A DNA stretch of 64,000 bases from Octopus vulgaris (GCA_951406725.2 OX597814.1:145204001-145268000), one strand, 5' to 3'; counted from the first letter of the stretch, positions 1-13,355 are shown. Numbers and translations: made by a program. The notes: generated from the sequence alone by a model not told the origin.

Positions 1-1260
1 CTAGTTTACTGCATTTCTCATGTCGAGAGGGACAAGGCCGGTGCCTAATTTGATGCAGAGTAAATATTAAAAAGCAAAAACTGTATTTATAAAATACTAA
101 TTTTTGGTTTTTCCCCAATTTTTCATAACTTACACCGATAAACAACGGGGAAAGAAACACACATAAGCGCTCTCATAAGGACAAACATATATACTCTTGA
201 GATATAAATGCCTAGGCACGAAATTCGAGTTTTGGTTTGTTGTATTTATTGTATCACTTCTCAAAATGTGTAAAGAAAAAGTAGCAGATGTGCCAAAAGA
301 GGTGGAATTGAGAGAAGTAAAGAAAGAGGAAAGATAGTCGGAAGACTAATATAGAGAGAGGTAAAAGAGAGAGAGGAGAGAGAAAGAAAGAGAGAGGAGA
401 GAAAGTGAATGAGAAAGAGAGGGAAGAGAAATAGAGATAGCCAGCAGTCAATCAATAAAAAAAAAATGAGCCAATCAGTCAGGTGAATAGAAAGTAAAAT
501 ATTGAAAAGATGAAAGAAAGTGGGCAAGTACCTGAGTAGAAGAGGTGGAAAAGAAGAATTAGAGCTCTTCGGTATAGAGGGGGAATTAGAGCGGTGACGT
601 GATAAATAAAAGAAATATAGATGGTGAGCAAATGAAAGAGAATGAAAGATATTAAGACAATGAAATTAATTTATGATATGAAAGTGTGTATGATGGATGA
701 TGACGTTTGGAAAAGGAGAAAAAACGGTGGAACAGACGTCTATTGGTAGAAACAAGAGACAGGAAAGAAACATAATGATATGAAGGAATCAGCGAAAATA
801 ATGAAGGGGTCTGGGAATTGGGAGCATAAAAACTGAGTCGGCATTTCAAAATAAAGCAACAATTAACTGGAAGTGAAACTGATGAACAGAAAATGTTCGT
901 TTTCGAAATGCAGAAAAAAAAAAAAAGCCTCGCTTAATTTTTCTTCCGTTTGTCTTTATTTTCTTTGCTACAAGTTTTGCTTATGTTTCTTGTGCTTCTT
1001 AACGTTGTTCCTGTACCCAATTAAAATCAAACATTTTTTGTAACAAAAAAAAGAAAGAAAAGAACACGAATAAGGTATTTTTGATGGGCTTTGTAACAAA
1101 TAATGATAGGCTTTGGATATTCGTGGTCCCTAGGAAGCATTTTTAGTGGAGTGCTAAGCAAGTTCTTACTACAATAATGTATGAGACACGCCGAGTTAAA
1201 TCAGATAGACACAAAAATACTACACATTGCTATGGATATAGTAAAATACATATATAAATA

Positions 1261-1472
1261 TTGGCTTCAAATCTTGGTACAAGGCCAGCAATTGAGGGGG
1301 AGGGGAGAAGTCGATTATATCGATCCCAGCACTCAACTGGTACTTATTTTATCGATCCCGAAAGGATGAAAGGTAAAGTCGACTCTGGTGGAATTTGAAC
1401 TCAGAACCTAAAATGCGTAAAATAGCGTTAAGCATGTTGCGCGGCTTGCTAACGATTCTGGCAGCTCGCCGC
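1261..1472 (-). mobile_element. tRNA-derived SINE, family B (Nin/Deu-like central domain)
   Basis: Reverse complement reads GCGGCGAGCTGCCAGAATCGTTAGC...GAGTTCAAATTCC...GTCGACTTTACCTTTCATCCTTTCGGGATCGATAAAATAAGTACCAG; A/B-box-like head; homologous copies at 41393 and 63122. Confidence 0.85.
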
Positions 1473-1474
1473 AT

Positions 1475-1528
<54 letters not shown>

Positions 1529-1887
1529 GTAACAATTAAATACAGACATGGACAAGAACATGAAACATCAAAGAGACGACACAAGAACCACAGGACGGGA
1601 CATTCGAAGCCCTCGGTCATCAGTCAAGAACCAGATCATCTTCGCAATTTCGGCTGATTAATCTTGAGATTGCTCCGATCTGGGCAGCCCCCAAGGGAAA
1701 TCTAAGCCAAGCGCATTAGATCCCTTGGAAGAAAGCTTCGAATGTATACAACACGAGGACGGAAAACGAACGAAGTACACGAATAAAAAAACAGAATACG
1801 TGACAACAATAAGGAAAGCACGAATAAGAATACAAAAACGTAAAAACAATAACGGTAAGGATAAAAAACCAAACCAAACCAGGACGT

Positions 1888-1996
<109 letters not shown>

Positions 1997-2439
1997 TAAA
2001 TATCTTCTTCAGAACAAGATTGTGTTTCTAGCATCATTGGTGTAACTATGATGTTGTGGTGATGTGATGAGCTAGCTTTATTTATCTGCTTTGATTTGCG
2101 AATATACAATTGTGTTGTAAAATGCAAAGCGTGCATATATCTATAGACATATAAACATAACTTGTTATACACTGAAATTGTTATCAGATGGTGAAGGATG
2201 TGAAACGGCCGTCAGCCTAAAGATGAGAAGTGGTTAAATAAATATATTCACTTCTCATACCTCCAGACGTTTTACTGTTTATATATTCTTCATGAAATTA
2301 TTTCATTGTTGAGGCCTTCTGGATTTCAGCTGCATGTATGCACACGACCGATTTAAATTGCCTGCCTTATAACTCATCGTGCGATATGGTCAGAATAACA
2401 CCGTAGTGAATATATTGACGAAATAAATATATAAATTTA

Positions 2440-2667
2440 TATAAATAAGGATGAGATCGATATTTAAATACCGATCTTATCAGGTGGCCAGCATGGGAAT
2501 AAAAACCTTTCAAAAGTAATAATTGTTTAAAATTATAATTAGGGTATCTAAGAGATACCACCAGGCTTGATATAGCAGTCAGAACTTGACTCTAAAACCA
2601 CTGGTCGCGTGCATACGTGCATATATATGTATGTATACGTTCGTATACGTAAGTATATCGTATGTTG

Positions 2668-2733
<66 letters not shown>

Positions 2734-2910
2734 TTGTATCTATGTGCTATCTGAGTATATTCCACTGACGAAGGCAGAGCATCTCTTATGCAAAGCCAGA
2801 AATACGCGACCTGCATTTATGCAGTAATTTTTGGCTAGTTTATATTGTCTCTTTGTCTTCTCTCCTGGTGCTGTATGAAAATTTAATATGGTTTCAGAGT
2901 CAAGTTAATC
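2440..2910. mobile_element. Two oppositely oriented fragments of a Penelope-like terminal-repeat family around a (TA)n tract
   Basis: 2440-2601 is the reverse complement of about 9650-9810; 2733-2910 matches about 9510-9670 directly and contains CTGACGAAGGC...GCCAGAAA. Confidence 0.6.
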
Positions 2911-3177
2911 TACAATATTTATTTGAACTGAACAGAAGTATGAACCAGTGTCTGACAAAACATGTTCAATCTTTCTGATACATTTGGAAGCTAATAGTAA
3001 CAAAAGTTTGGCCACATGCTAGTTAAAATGATTTTGTTCCAAAGTAAACAATCTATAGCGCTCGTCAAAGCATTCAGAATTGCTTTCCCTCATGAGCATG
3101 TAATATTTAAACCCTTAGAAATATTTAATATAAGTTTAATGCCACTTCATATACATTTGATTGTTACATATCTGATA

Positions 3178-3562
3178 TCTCTCTCTATATAAACGGCAGT
3201 TTGTCTGTCTGCGTGTCTGTGTGTCTGTTAGGTTGTACCCTCATCCTGACCACGGCTTTCAACCGATTCTGATGAAACTTGACACACACATAGCCCAATG
3301 TCATAATTCAAAACTAACGCAGCGAAAATTTTGAAAAGTTCCCCCAGTTCTGAAAAAAATCGATAAATTCGACATGGGGTCGAGAATCAGAAACACAAAC
3401 CACAGACTGTCTAGGGGACGCAACTCGACCTTTTTAACTCTCAAAAACAAATTTACCTTAATTTTTTTTCCATTTTTTTGCTATTTTTTGGCTATAACTC
3501 TCTAAAAATGCTTTATAGTTATTTCCCTTACAAACCCAAGCAACGCCGGGCGATACTGCTAG
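3178..3562 (+). mobile_element. Non-autonomous Helitron-like element
   Basis: Starts TC after A3177, ends with GC-rich CCCAAGCAACGCCGGG hairpin then CTAG before T3563; no TSD; near-identical inverted copy at 7524-7896. Confidence 0.85.
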
Positions 3563-4015
3563 TATCCAATAAATTGAAGCCTACCATTTTAATAAGCCAT
3601 CATTACATAATTAAAATTCGAATAGACAAACAACAAACAAATCATATTTCATTCTGTTTAATCCCATAGTCAGAAATGTAAATAAAATTACTTATGTACA
3701 AAAATATAAACATTTTCTTCGAATTTGTAAAAAAAATCTGTAGGTATTGCGTATGTGACTTATAGTTGCCCAAATATGTCATCATAGAGAAGATATAAAT
3801 AAGTAAACGTGACTCCAAAATCGACCATACATATTATAATCAAGGGTCGAACATTTACCTTATCAAAAGACCTTAGAAAAAACGCTAAATGTGCGCAAGC
3901 CCGTCGTATATAAATTTGTGTTATTTAGATACATATGCGCAGTAAAATGGTAGTTCGTGTAGGTCGGTAGCTCATCAAGTCGATGGGAAGAATCAGATCT
4001 AGTGATACTTTATGT

Positions 4016-4243
4016 CAGTGGTTCTGACCATTTTTGCCTTTAGTCTTAATTGATTTCTATTTTAATCTATTGGATCTCTATAGCCATTCGATGTGTATAA
4101 AAAAACACCCTACAGTAATTTTATATATATAAAAATTATTAGGAATTGTATAAAAAAATGTAAGTATTTTGTGTTGTACATTTTAACAACAAAATCTTAC
4201 TTTGATTCCCAATGGTCACATGGACCCCGGTTGAGAACAGCTG
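4016..4243. mobile_element. hAT-type MITE
   Basis: Ends CAGTGGTTCTGACC / GGTTGAGAACAGCTG; flanking 8-mers CTTTATGT and CTTTATCA (imperfect TSD). Confidence 0.65.
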
Positions 4244-5046
4244 CTTTATCAGACGGAAAACAGATTAACTCTCCTCAAAACTGGGGAGTCAGTAGCGAAA
4301 TGTTAAACACGTTTTTTCATTGAATTCATACTTATCAATTACCATGAGAAAGACCACAACTATTCTTCGTAGACTCGATTTTTTGAGGTTTAATATTTTC
4401 ATATTTCATTTACTGACAAGCAGTTCAATGGATGATATCTCAGACGCTACATAATAAATCTGTGGTAGGATTAGACCGCATCTTAGCGTAATACTAGTTA
4501 ATTATTCATTGTTGTACCTAATTATCATGTCTATTTAAAGTGGTGCAAGTAAACGCCATTTTATCTGAATTGGCAACGAATGATGAAATACAGTGTATAC
4601 ATTGACAAGAAAACCGTTATCTTATCAACTAAGCATGATACGACTTTTAATAGAAGTAGATGAAACATCTTAATTGGAAACACCAATAAAAAGGCTTGTC
4701 TATTTACTGCTGAATAATATTTCTATGACGACAGACATCAAAACGAGACATTTCATACACTGCTCATATCTGAAGGATTGGCGTAGAAGAAACGAGAATC
4801 AATGAATCGAGTTTGCAGCATAGTATTTTGAATTCTATTGTGAACATATTAATGAATTTACTTCAACAGGAGATCTCAGTAGAGTTTTTGATATACGCAG
4901 GAAATATATATAGATGAGACAGTGAAATCTTTTGATAATAGAATTTCGAATTATGCAAAGATAATCTAACATATCAAAAACCATTTACACACGCATGCAT
5001 ACATAGATAGATACTTACATATATATATATATATGTATATATGTAT

Positions 5047-5108
<62 letters not shown>

Positions 5109-5122
5109 AATATATATATATA

Positions 5123-5156
<34 letters not shown>

Positions 5157-5171
5157 CATGTATATACATAT

Positions 5172-5237
<66 letters not shown>

Positions 5238-5438
5238 GTATATCTGTATATAAATATATAAGTATATGAATCTATCTGTCTATCGGTATGTATACGTTTC
5301 TGTTTCTTGTATGTAAAGTAATATAATGAAAAAAAGCTATCAAGCATTAATATAAGGCTGACTCAATGTATTTGAATATTGCAGTATTTTACTTTTACAA
5401 GAAAAATGTTCAGAGTCAGCATTCTCATTGTAAAAGTC

Positions 5439-5471
<33 letters not shown>

Positions 5472-5525
5472 TGTATGTATGTATGTATGTATGTATGTAT
5501 GTATGTATGTATGTATTTATGTATG

Positions 5526-5604
<79 letters not shown>

Positions 5605-5931
5605 GTATCTATCTATGTATTCCTTGATATATGCTCGCCTGTTTTTATTTTGCAAGAATGCAATTTTACATTAGAATTCTAAAAAAATGTTAATATATCT
5701 GAGAGCAACGAGGATGACGTCATACGCTCAAGTCGTAATTTCAAATGTGTTAAACTTTCGATCAACTCTAAACTTTAGTTTATTGCAAGCTGTTAACATT
5801 TTCGGTCGACCAAAGGACTGACATATAAACACATATACGCACGCGTGCACACACACACACAGATAGCCCCAAAACAGCAAATATGTATGAACATATATAT
5901 CTATACACATAAACAGAGATATACATGTACA

Positions 5932-6344
5932 TACTCTTTACTCTTTACTCTTTTACTTGTTTCAGTCATTTGACTGCGGCTATGCTGGAGCACCGCCTTT
6001 AATCGAGCAACTCGACCCCGGGACTTATTCTTTTGTAAGCCCAGTACTTATTCTATCGGTCTCTTTTGCCGAACCGCTAAGTAACGGGGACATAAACACA
6101 CCAGCATCGGTTGTCAAGCAATGCTAGGGGGACAAACACAGACACACAAACACACACACACATGCATATAAACATATACATATATACGACGGGCTTCTTT
6201 TCAGCTTCTGTCTACCAAATCCACTCACAAGGCTTTGGTCGGCCCGGGGCTATAGTAGAAGGCACTTGCCCAAGGTGCCATGCAGTGGGACTGAACCCAG
6301 AACCATGTGGTTGGTAAGCAAGCAACTTACCACACAGCCACTCC
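5932..6344 (-). mobile_element. tRNA-derived SINE, family A (CORE-like block, internal TA/TG microsatellite, AGAGTAA tail)
   Basis: Reverse complement GGAGTGGCTGTGTGGTAAG...GGTTCAGTCCCACTGC..GGCACCTTGGGCAAGTG...GACTGAAACAAGTAAAAGAGTAA; many copies in window. Confidence 0.9.
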
Positions 6345-6348
6345 ATTC

Positions 6349-6423
<75 letters not shown>

Positions 6424-6738
6424 CACATATATATATACGATATGACTCCACAGACAACAATATTTGTAACTCACATAGGCAAAAAAGAAGAAAAATAACG
6501 AAATCAGACTTCGATTAATTATGGACGCGTTTCTGGATTAGAATTATAAAAATTCATTTCCGTTATCAACATTATGTTGAAAAACTATAGAGTTATACAT
6601 GTTCATGTTAATATTAAAAAAAGGGAATATATATATATATATATATATATATGTGAGGGCAAAAGTGATTGGCAAGACTATGTTTGAAAAAAAGTTACAA
6701 TATTGGCGCAGGAGTGGCTGTGGCTAAGTTACAATATA

Positions 6739-6903
6739 GGCGCAGGAATGGCTGTGTGGTAAGTAGCTTGCTAACCAACCACATGGTTCCGGGTTCAGTC
6801 CCACTGCGTGGCATCTTGGGCAAGTGTCTTCTGCTATAGCCCCGGGCCGACCAATGCCTTGTGAGTGGATTTGGTGGACGGAAACTGAAAGAAGCATGTC
6901 GTA

Positions 6904-6976
<73 letters not shown>

Positions 6977-7181
6977 TTGTCCCCCTAGCATTGCTTGACA
7001 ACCGATGCTGGTATGCTTACGTCCCCGTCACTTAGCAGTTCGGCAAAAGAGACCGATAGAATAAGTACTGGGCTTACAAAGAATAAGTCCCGGGGTCGAT
7101 TTGCTCGACTAAAGGCGGTGCTCCAGCATGGCCGCAGTCAAATGACTGAAACAAGTAAAAGAGTAAAAGAGTAAAAGAGTA
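6739..7181 (+). mobile_element. SINE family A, full length
   Basis: GGCGCAGGAATGGCTGTGTGGTAAG head, GGTTCAGTCCC B-box, GAGTAAAA repeat tail. Confidence 0.9.
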
Positions 7182-7523
7182 TTGAAGAAAAAGATGTACA
7201 TACAAGGAGAGAAAATCCAAAGTGAACTTAACAAGGAAAAAACATCGATTAAATTTACTGTTAACATCCCCATTCTTACAAACACGAAGTTAAATCGCTT
7301 TGTGATCATGAGTGCACCAAACTTCACTTGTGGGTACGCTCACATTTTCGCGGATGCTTATATGTGCGAGTGTACTCGCGCTATGCATCATGAATTACAT
7401 CATGAATTCATTACGAAGTGATGATGTAACTTTTAAATGCTGTAAAACAAAGAATAGTCGGGATAAAACATTAAAGTTAACGACGGACGCTTCATTCTAT
7501 ATGATCTGATATATATATATATA

Positions 7524-7896
7524 CTAGCAGTATCGCCCGGCGTTGCTCAGGTTTGTAAGGAAATAACTATAAAGCATTTTTAGAGAGTTATAGCCAAAAA
7601 ATAGCAAAAAAAGGGAAAAATGATGGTAAATTTTTTTTTTAGTTAAAAAAGGTGGAGTTGCGTCCCCTAGACAGTTTGTGTTTCTGATTCTGGACCCCAT
7701 GTCGAATTTATCGATTTTTTTCAGAACTGGGGGAACTTTTCAAAATTTTCGCTGCGTTAGTTTTGAATTATGACATTGGGCTATGTGTGTGTCAAGTTTC
7801 ATCAGAATCGGTTGAAAGCCGTGGTCAGGGTGAAGGTACAAGCAAACAGACACAAAGAAACACGCACAGACAAACTGCCGTTTATATATAGAGAGA
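7524..7896 (-). mobile_element. Non-autonomous Helitron-like element (second copy)
   Basis: Reverse complement of 3178-3562 with TC...CTAG ends at an A/T target. Confidence 0.85.
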
Positions 7897-7938
7897 TGTG
7901 TGTGTGTATAAATATATATATATATATGTATGTATATA

Positions 7939-7971
<33 letters not shown>

Positions 7972-9409
7972 AAGCGCATATATAGAAGTATATATACATA
8001 AAAATAGCTGATCCAATGTAACCTATGGGTCCAAACTCGAGACGGTTCCAATTAAAGCGTTTGTATGGAAGAAGAACACAAGTGGAGAGTGAAATTAAGA
8101 ACAGCTGGTTTGCTATTTATGAATACTTCGATAACTTCGATTACATCATGAAAAATCCTGCCCTCTTCTGGTGATTTTAGATACAGTTTACTCAGCAACA
8201 CATGGTCCTATTCCCTTGAGCGTATAGCGCACTGGTACAATCATGTGACCGTATTTGGCTATTTACAGCCAATCAGGGTGTTTACCTTTGGTCTGTTACT
8301 TTTACACGAACACCTTCAGAAGATATTTTTTTCCAATACATAGAACAATTTTTATTAAGAAGTTATATTCAATCATTCGTCGGGGAGTTTCTATTTCTCC
8401 TACACTCTACATATGCGGACTGACATGCATGAATCATTGACTCATATTAATATTAAAGGTGTGCAAGCATTATTCCATTATTTATACAATTTTATTAACT
8501 TTTAATTAATGCAAATAATCAATAATTATTTTAAAACTATGTTTTCAAGTCCAAACATATTATACTGGAAATATTTCTTTCTCGGGCAGTTACGTACTGC
8601 TAACACATCTTTTACCATAACACTTACTGAAAAATATACCTTGTGAATGAATTACAATATGTCTGCTCTTAATCGTCTTTTTAAAAGAATACTGAAAATA
8701 CTAATTCTGCATATATCTGTGCTAATAAATCGACTATATGCTATTATCTTTGACTGTGCTGTGTTCTTTGTTGCCGTTCTTATACATGTAATAAATAACT
8801 GGTTAGAATGCCATCAACCCTTGGCATATTCTATTGGGCAATAAACCTGTTTGAACTGGAGAATCTAAAACCACCCCACTGAACATGTTTATTCATTTCC
8901 TTACAGAGTCAAACATCATAAACCCCAAATCTCAAACCGTGAATATCATTCCCGTAAATCTATTGCTGCTGAGCTGATCACAAACACTGATTACAACACT
9001 TGACTTGAATTAGTATTTATCCCATCCAACGGAAGGTTTTACTTAACTTCACACATCTTGCAAAAGGTCGCTTTCCTATATTGCGAGCACCCCTATTTAC
9101 CAAATTACAGCATAGCATTTTCACAGACCAATGCTAATTTTGTAGAATATTTCATTCCTCCATACTACACCCAAATTGTTTCCGTTATCTACACGTTCAT
9201 GAACATCGCTTTATTTGCAGGCTTGTTTGCTTCCAACTCTACATTACACACATACGTACACACACACGAGTGTGTGTGTGGTGGGAGGGAGTAGGTGAGA
9301 CTCGTTATCCGTGGTGAAGGCAACTCTTCTCGGAGAAGTAAACTCTGACATAGAACCAGGTCATAGTAATGATGATCCCCTTAATTGGCTGCACTATCAA
9401 AGCCATCAC

Positions 9410-9810
9410 TATCTGACTGCTATTTCAGCGTGGTAGTATCTCTCGGCTACTCTAATTTATAGTTTTAAATAAAGTAGGTATAACGTATGTTCTGTATATA
9501 GATATATATCTATTTATGTGCTATCTGGTAAAATTCACTGAAGAAGGCAGAGCATCACTTATGCAAAGCCAGAAATCCAGGATCTGGAATTATCCATGAA
9601 AATATTTTTGCCTCTCTGTCTACTCTTCTAGCGCTATATGAACATTTAAGGTGGCTTTAGGGTCAGGTTTTGACTGCTATTTCAGCGTGGTGGTATCTCT
9701 CGGATACTCTAATTTATAGTTTTAAATAATTATTACCTTCGTCAGATTTTTGTATTCCTATGCTGGCCACTTGATAAGATCGATATTTAAATATCGATCT
9801 TATACTTATA
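9410..9810 (+). mobile_element. Penelope-like terminal-repeat element with partial tandem duplication
   Basis: TGACTGCTATTTCAGCGTGG...AATTTATAGTTTTAAATAA occurs at about 9415-9472 and 9671-9729; hammerhead-like motif at 9533-9589; homologous to 2440-2910. Confidence 0.6.
9533..9589 (+). ncRNA. Atypical type I hammerhead-like motif
   Basis: TTCA-CTGAAGA-A-GGC..GCAT..ATGC..GCC-A-GAAATCCAGGATC/TGGA; extra A on both sides of stem II, same in the 2765 copy. Confidence 0.45.
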
Positions 9811-9845
9811 TATATATATATATATTATTTATTTTATAGAAGGAG

Positions 9846-9892
9846 CTTCTACAGGACTAGAACTGTTTCATTCAAATGAAATCTTCAGGAAG
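9846..9892 (-). ncRNA. Type I hammerhead ribozyme candidate
   Basis: Minus strand CUUC-CUGAAGA-U-UUCA-UU-UGAA-U-GAAACAG-UUCUAGUC-CUGUA/GAAG: intact core, 4-bp stems I and III, U.U mismatch at base of stem II. Confidence 0.6.
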
Positions 9893-9983
9893 TGTCAACC
9901 CCCTCCTTAACCTGTTTCCTCCATCTATAGCAACGACAGACATTGCTCTCCCAGTCAGTCTCCTGCATATTACAGGCCTATAA

Positions 9984-10029
<46 letters not shown>

Positions 10030-10030
<1 letters not shown>

Positions 10031-10466
10031 TGTATTCCAGACTTTCCACTGCTTTCTCCTTTTCCTTCCCCTTAAACTTTCTCCTTCTATCTAACGAAGA
10101 GCCATGCTCGAAATGTTATTTCCACTCGTAATTTTCCATCTAAAACTTACACTTGGCGTCAATCTCATAATTTCACAGTGTGCGTCTAAAGTTGAAGTTT
10201 GTTTTTTTCCTGTGTTTCATTTTTCTTTTGCTGATATGCATATATAAGAACATTCATGCTTCTTTTTCTCCTTTTTCTCCTTTCCTCTATGACATCGTTT
10301 CATTAATCTATACCCTTCACATATTCTCTATTTGTCTCCGATGACGGAATATCATATACTTTAGAATATATCAAAAACAGCTGTAAGACTTTAATTTTTT
10401 CCACTATTAATAACGTATAGGACTTAAGATGTTTGTCTTGACTTAGCGTTTGTTGTCCTCTTTAAC

Positions 10467-10470
<4 letters not shown>
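10030..10470 (+). mobile_element. Penelope-like terminal-repeat fragment(s) with two decayed hammerhead motifs
   Basis: CTAACGAAGAGCCATGCTCGAAATGTT at 10091 and GTCT-CCGATGA...AAAACAGCTGTA-AGAC at 10334-10389; 3' part homologous to 22190-22312; bounded by (TA)n. Confidence 0.55.
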
Positions 10471-10520
<50 letters not shown>

Positions 10521-10523
10521 ATT

Positions 10524-10848
10524 TGGTGGCCGTCCACTCGTGGTCGAGGAAGACCATTACTGACCTTTAGGAACGTTGTGCCCTCTAGGACTAACTTATG
10601 TTTTGTATTATTAGCTACCCGTTGGTAGCTAATGAGATCTGCTTTTGACAAGCATAGACGACTGCAAACATTGCAAACCAAGCTTGCTCCATTCACTACA
10701 CTAGCAGCGCGCTTTCATGCAGTACGTTTAAATTCTTCATGCAGAATACGTGCTCTCTCAAAAGTGTCAACCCCCTCCTTAACCTGTTTCCTCCATCTAT
10801 AGCAACGACAGACATTGCTCTCCCAGTCAGTCTCCTGCATATTACAGG

Positions 10849-10850
<2 letters not shown>
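10524..10850 (-). mobile_element. 5'-truncated RTE LINE 3' end
   Basis: Encodes DWESNVCRCYRWRKQVKEGVDTFE and LVCNVCSRLCLSKADLISYQR (RTE C-terminal finger); ends GGTCTTCCTCGACCACGAGTGGACGGCCACC next to (TA)n. Confidence 0.75.
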
Positions 10851-10934
<84 letters not shown>

Positions 10935-10936
<2 letters not shown>

Positions 10937-11088
10937 CGTAGGAGTGGCTGTGTGGTAAGTAGCTTCCTTACGAACCACATGGTTCCGGGTTCAGTCCCAC
11001 TGCGTGGTAACTTGAGCAAGTGTCTTGTAGTATAGCCTCGAGCCAACCAAACCCTTGTGAGTGGATTTGGTAGACAGAAACTAAAAGA

Positions 11089-11132
<44 letters not shown>

Positions 11133-11350
11133 ATGTTTGTGTGTCTGTGTTTGTCCCTCCCCCAACATCGCTTGACAACCGATGCTGGTGTGTTTACGTT
11201 CCCGTAACTTAGCGGTCCGGCAAAAAAGACCGATAGAATAAGTACTAGGCTTACACAGATTAAATCCTGGGGTCGAGTTGCTCGACTAAAGGCAGTGCTC
11301 CAGCATGGCCACAGCCAAATGACTGAAACAAGTAAATGAGTAAAAGAGTA
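10935..11350 (+). mobile_element. SINE family A
   Basis: Head, body and tail match 6739-7181. Confidence 0.9.
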
Positions 11351-11361
11351 TATATATATAA

Positions 11362-11395
<34 letters not shown>

Positions 11396-13308
11396 ATGTG
11401 TACACATAAACAGAAACACGCACACACACACAGAAACACATTATCATGTAAGTATACATATATATATATGTATGTAAATATATGTACATCTGATATAATG
11501 GAACGTGTGGAACTCTCTATCCGCAACAACAGCTGATCCTGCTATAAACTACACTCTAGAGCTAATTATATGCTGGGATATCTCAGATCATGTCCTAAAT
11601 GAGGCGAATCACCAGAATGTTCTCTATTTTACTTCATTTCTACTATGCTGTGCTTTTCAAATACTGCTCTAAACACCGAAAACATTGCTACTGAGCTGAA
11701 ACCACACAGAATTTCCTCTCTATAAAATTTCAATTTTTCAAACTATATCGTGCTACACATGCCTAAAGTAAACATCAACCACATCAGGCTAACAATCATT
11801 TGAGGCATTGAGTGCAAAGTTCTGCAAAGTTCATGGGTGCTGCTGCTTCTCCTTTGTGAACAAATAAAAAATAAAGTAAAAGATAAAAAGAAAATGAATT
11901 GAATATGTATAATTACGTGCAGATTCCTATGCGTAGTGATATGTATGTGAGTACGTAAAATATCTGAGCAAATGTGATCACAAAAAGGAGAAACCTAAAA
12001 CGCATGTATATATCTTTACGCGTACATATACTGCATTCCTATTTTCATGTGTACAACATTATATAGAGACGTGCGCATATAGGATACGAGAGCATGCATA
12101 CAGGTTTATTCATATGTATAATACCGTTCATTGTTTAAGCTACATAACCGAAAAAATTATTTTCATTACTCTGCTATTCATTTCTCGCACAGCCTGTGTC
12201 GAACAAGCAGCTAATCCTGTTCTAAAATTTTGTTAGTTTCCTTCAGAATTTTATACCTGTCTTTATGAAGGTATTGTTGGTAACGTATTATTAGAAAAGT
12301 TCAAATTTTATATTTTTGATATCATTTTCTAATATTTTTGAATGGTAAATTTCAAGTAAATTCTTCGTCTAAAAATTCATATTAATGGTGAAACGTAGAT
12401 ACTATCAGATTATCTACGAGTTTTAGGAATTCTTTTATTCTCTATCCTCTAATATATTAACATTCTTTTTGACGTACTATGATGAAGGATATTTTTCAAA
12501 AGATGTAGATATTATGTGCTTTATGTTGTCCATATGCACAAATACGAAACTCGTATCGAAAATAAACTGTTATTTGGGAAAAGAGAGTGTAGTCATTTAT
12601 TTCAAAGTTTAGCAGTAATCTTAACCATATTCTCCGGGAGGAGGACGCTATGGCTGACAAAATGAGGATCCAAACCTCTATGCTTGATTTATTTACATAT
12701 TTTCCGACTGAAAACAAAATGTTCTTAGGTTTGAAACAAAGTTTTAATATATAGAGAGTTAAGTTATTTCTGACATATACAGAGTATGAAGAATTACAGA
12801 GTCAATAAGATATGTTAAACAGTGAGGAAAAAAACTTTAATTAGTGACAAAAATATTTATTATAGTTTTAGTACGTGCAAGTAACAATTCGTGAAATGCT
12901 TCACTCTTGTTATGATATCATCAGCGATGCACAGATTTCAGCGTACAGGTCAAAGAAATCATGAAAATTAAAAGAAAACCAATTTGTAAACGTACAGGGT
13001 TTATATGAAGTCATTGGCTTGGAAAAACACTAGAATAAATCATTCACACACACCATTTTACTGTTGATTTTAGCTTCTGGTGAGTTTTGAAATGAAAAGA
13101 TAATATCCGTTAATGCTTTCTAAAATATTTTCTGCTTTTGGTGGTAAGTATATTTCACTAAATATCAACTGTTTTGATGAATAAAATAACCAGAATACTA
13201 AACAAAATCAAGCACACAGTCACACACACACATACACACGCACACATACGCACGCACACATACGCACACACAGAGTATATTAGAGATATATACGTACATG
13301 TAGCCTAT

Positions 13309-13355
<47 letters not shown>

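Noticed and set aside
1522-1887. Hammerhead in the repeat with CTGATGA on the minus strand and a short ACATTCGAAGC inverted pair
   Set aside because: No convincing GAAA and stem arrangement; probably a repeat fragment but the family cannot be supported.
12625-12720. Possible minus-strand exon (TTTTGTTTTCAG acceptor, GKYVNKSSIEVW...)
   Set aside because: Weak donor (GTTAAG), unrecognisable peptide and no partner exons; needs RNA-seq.
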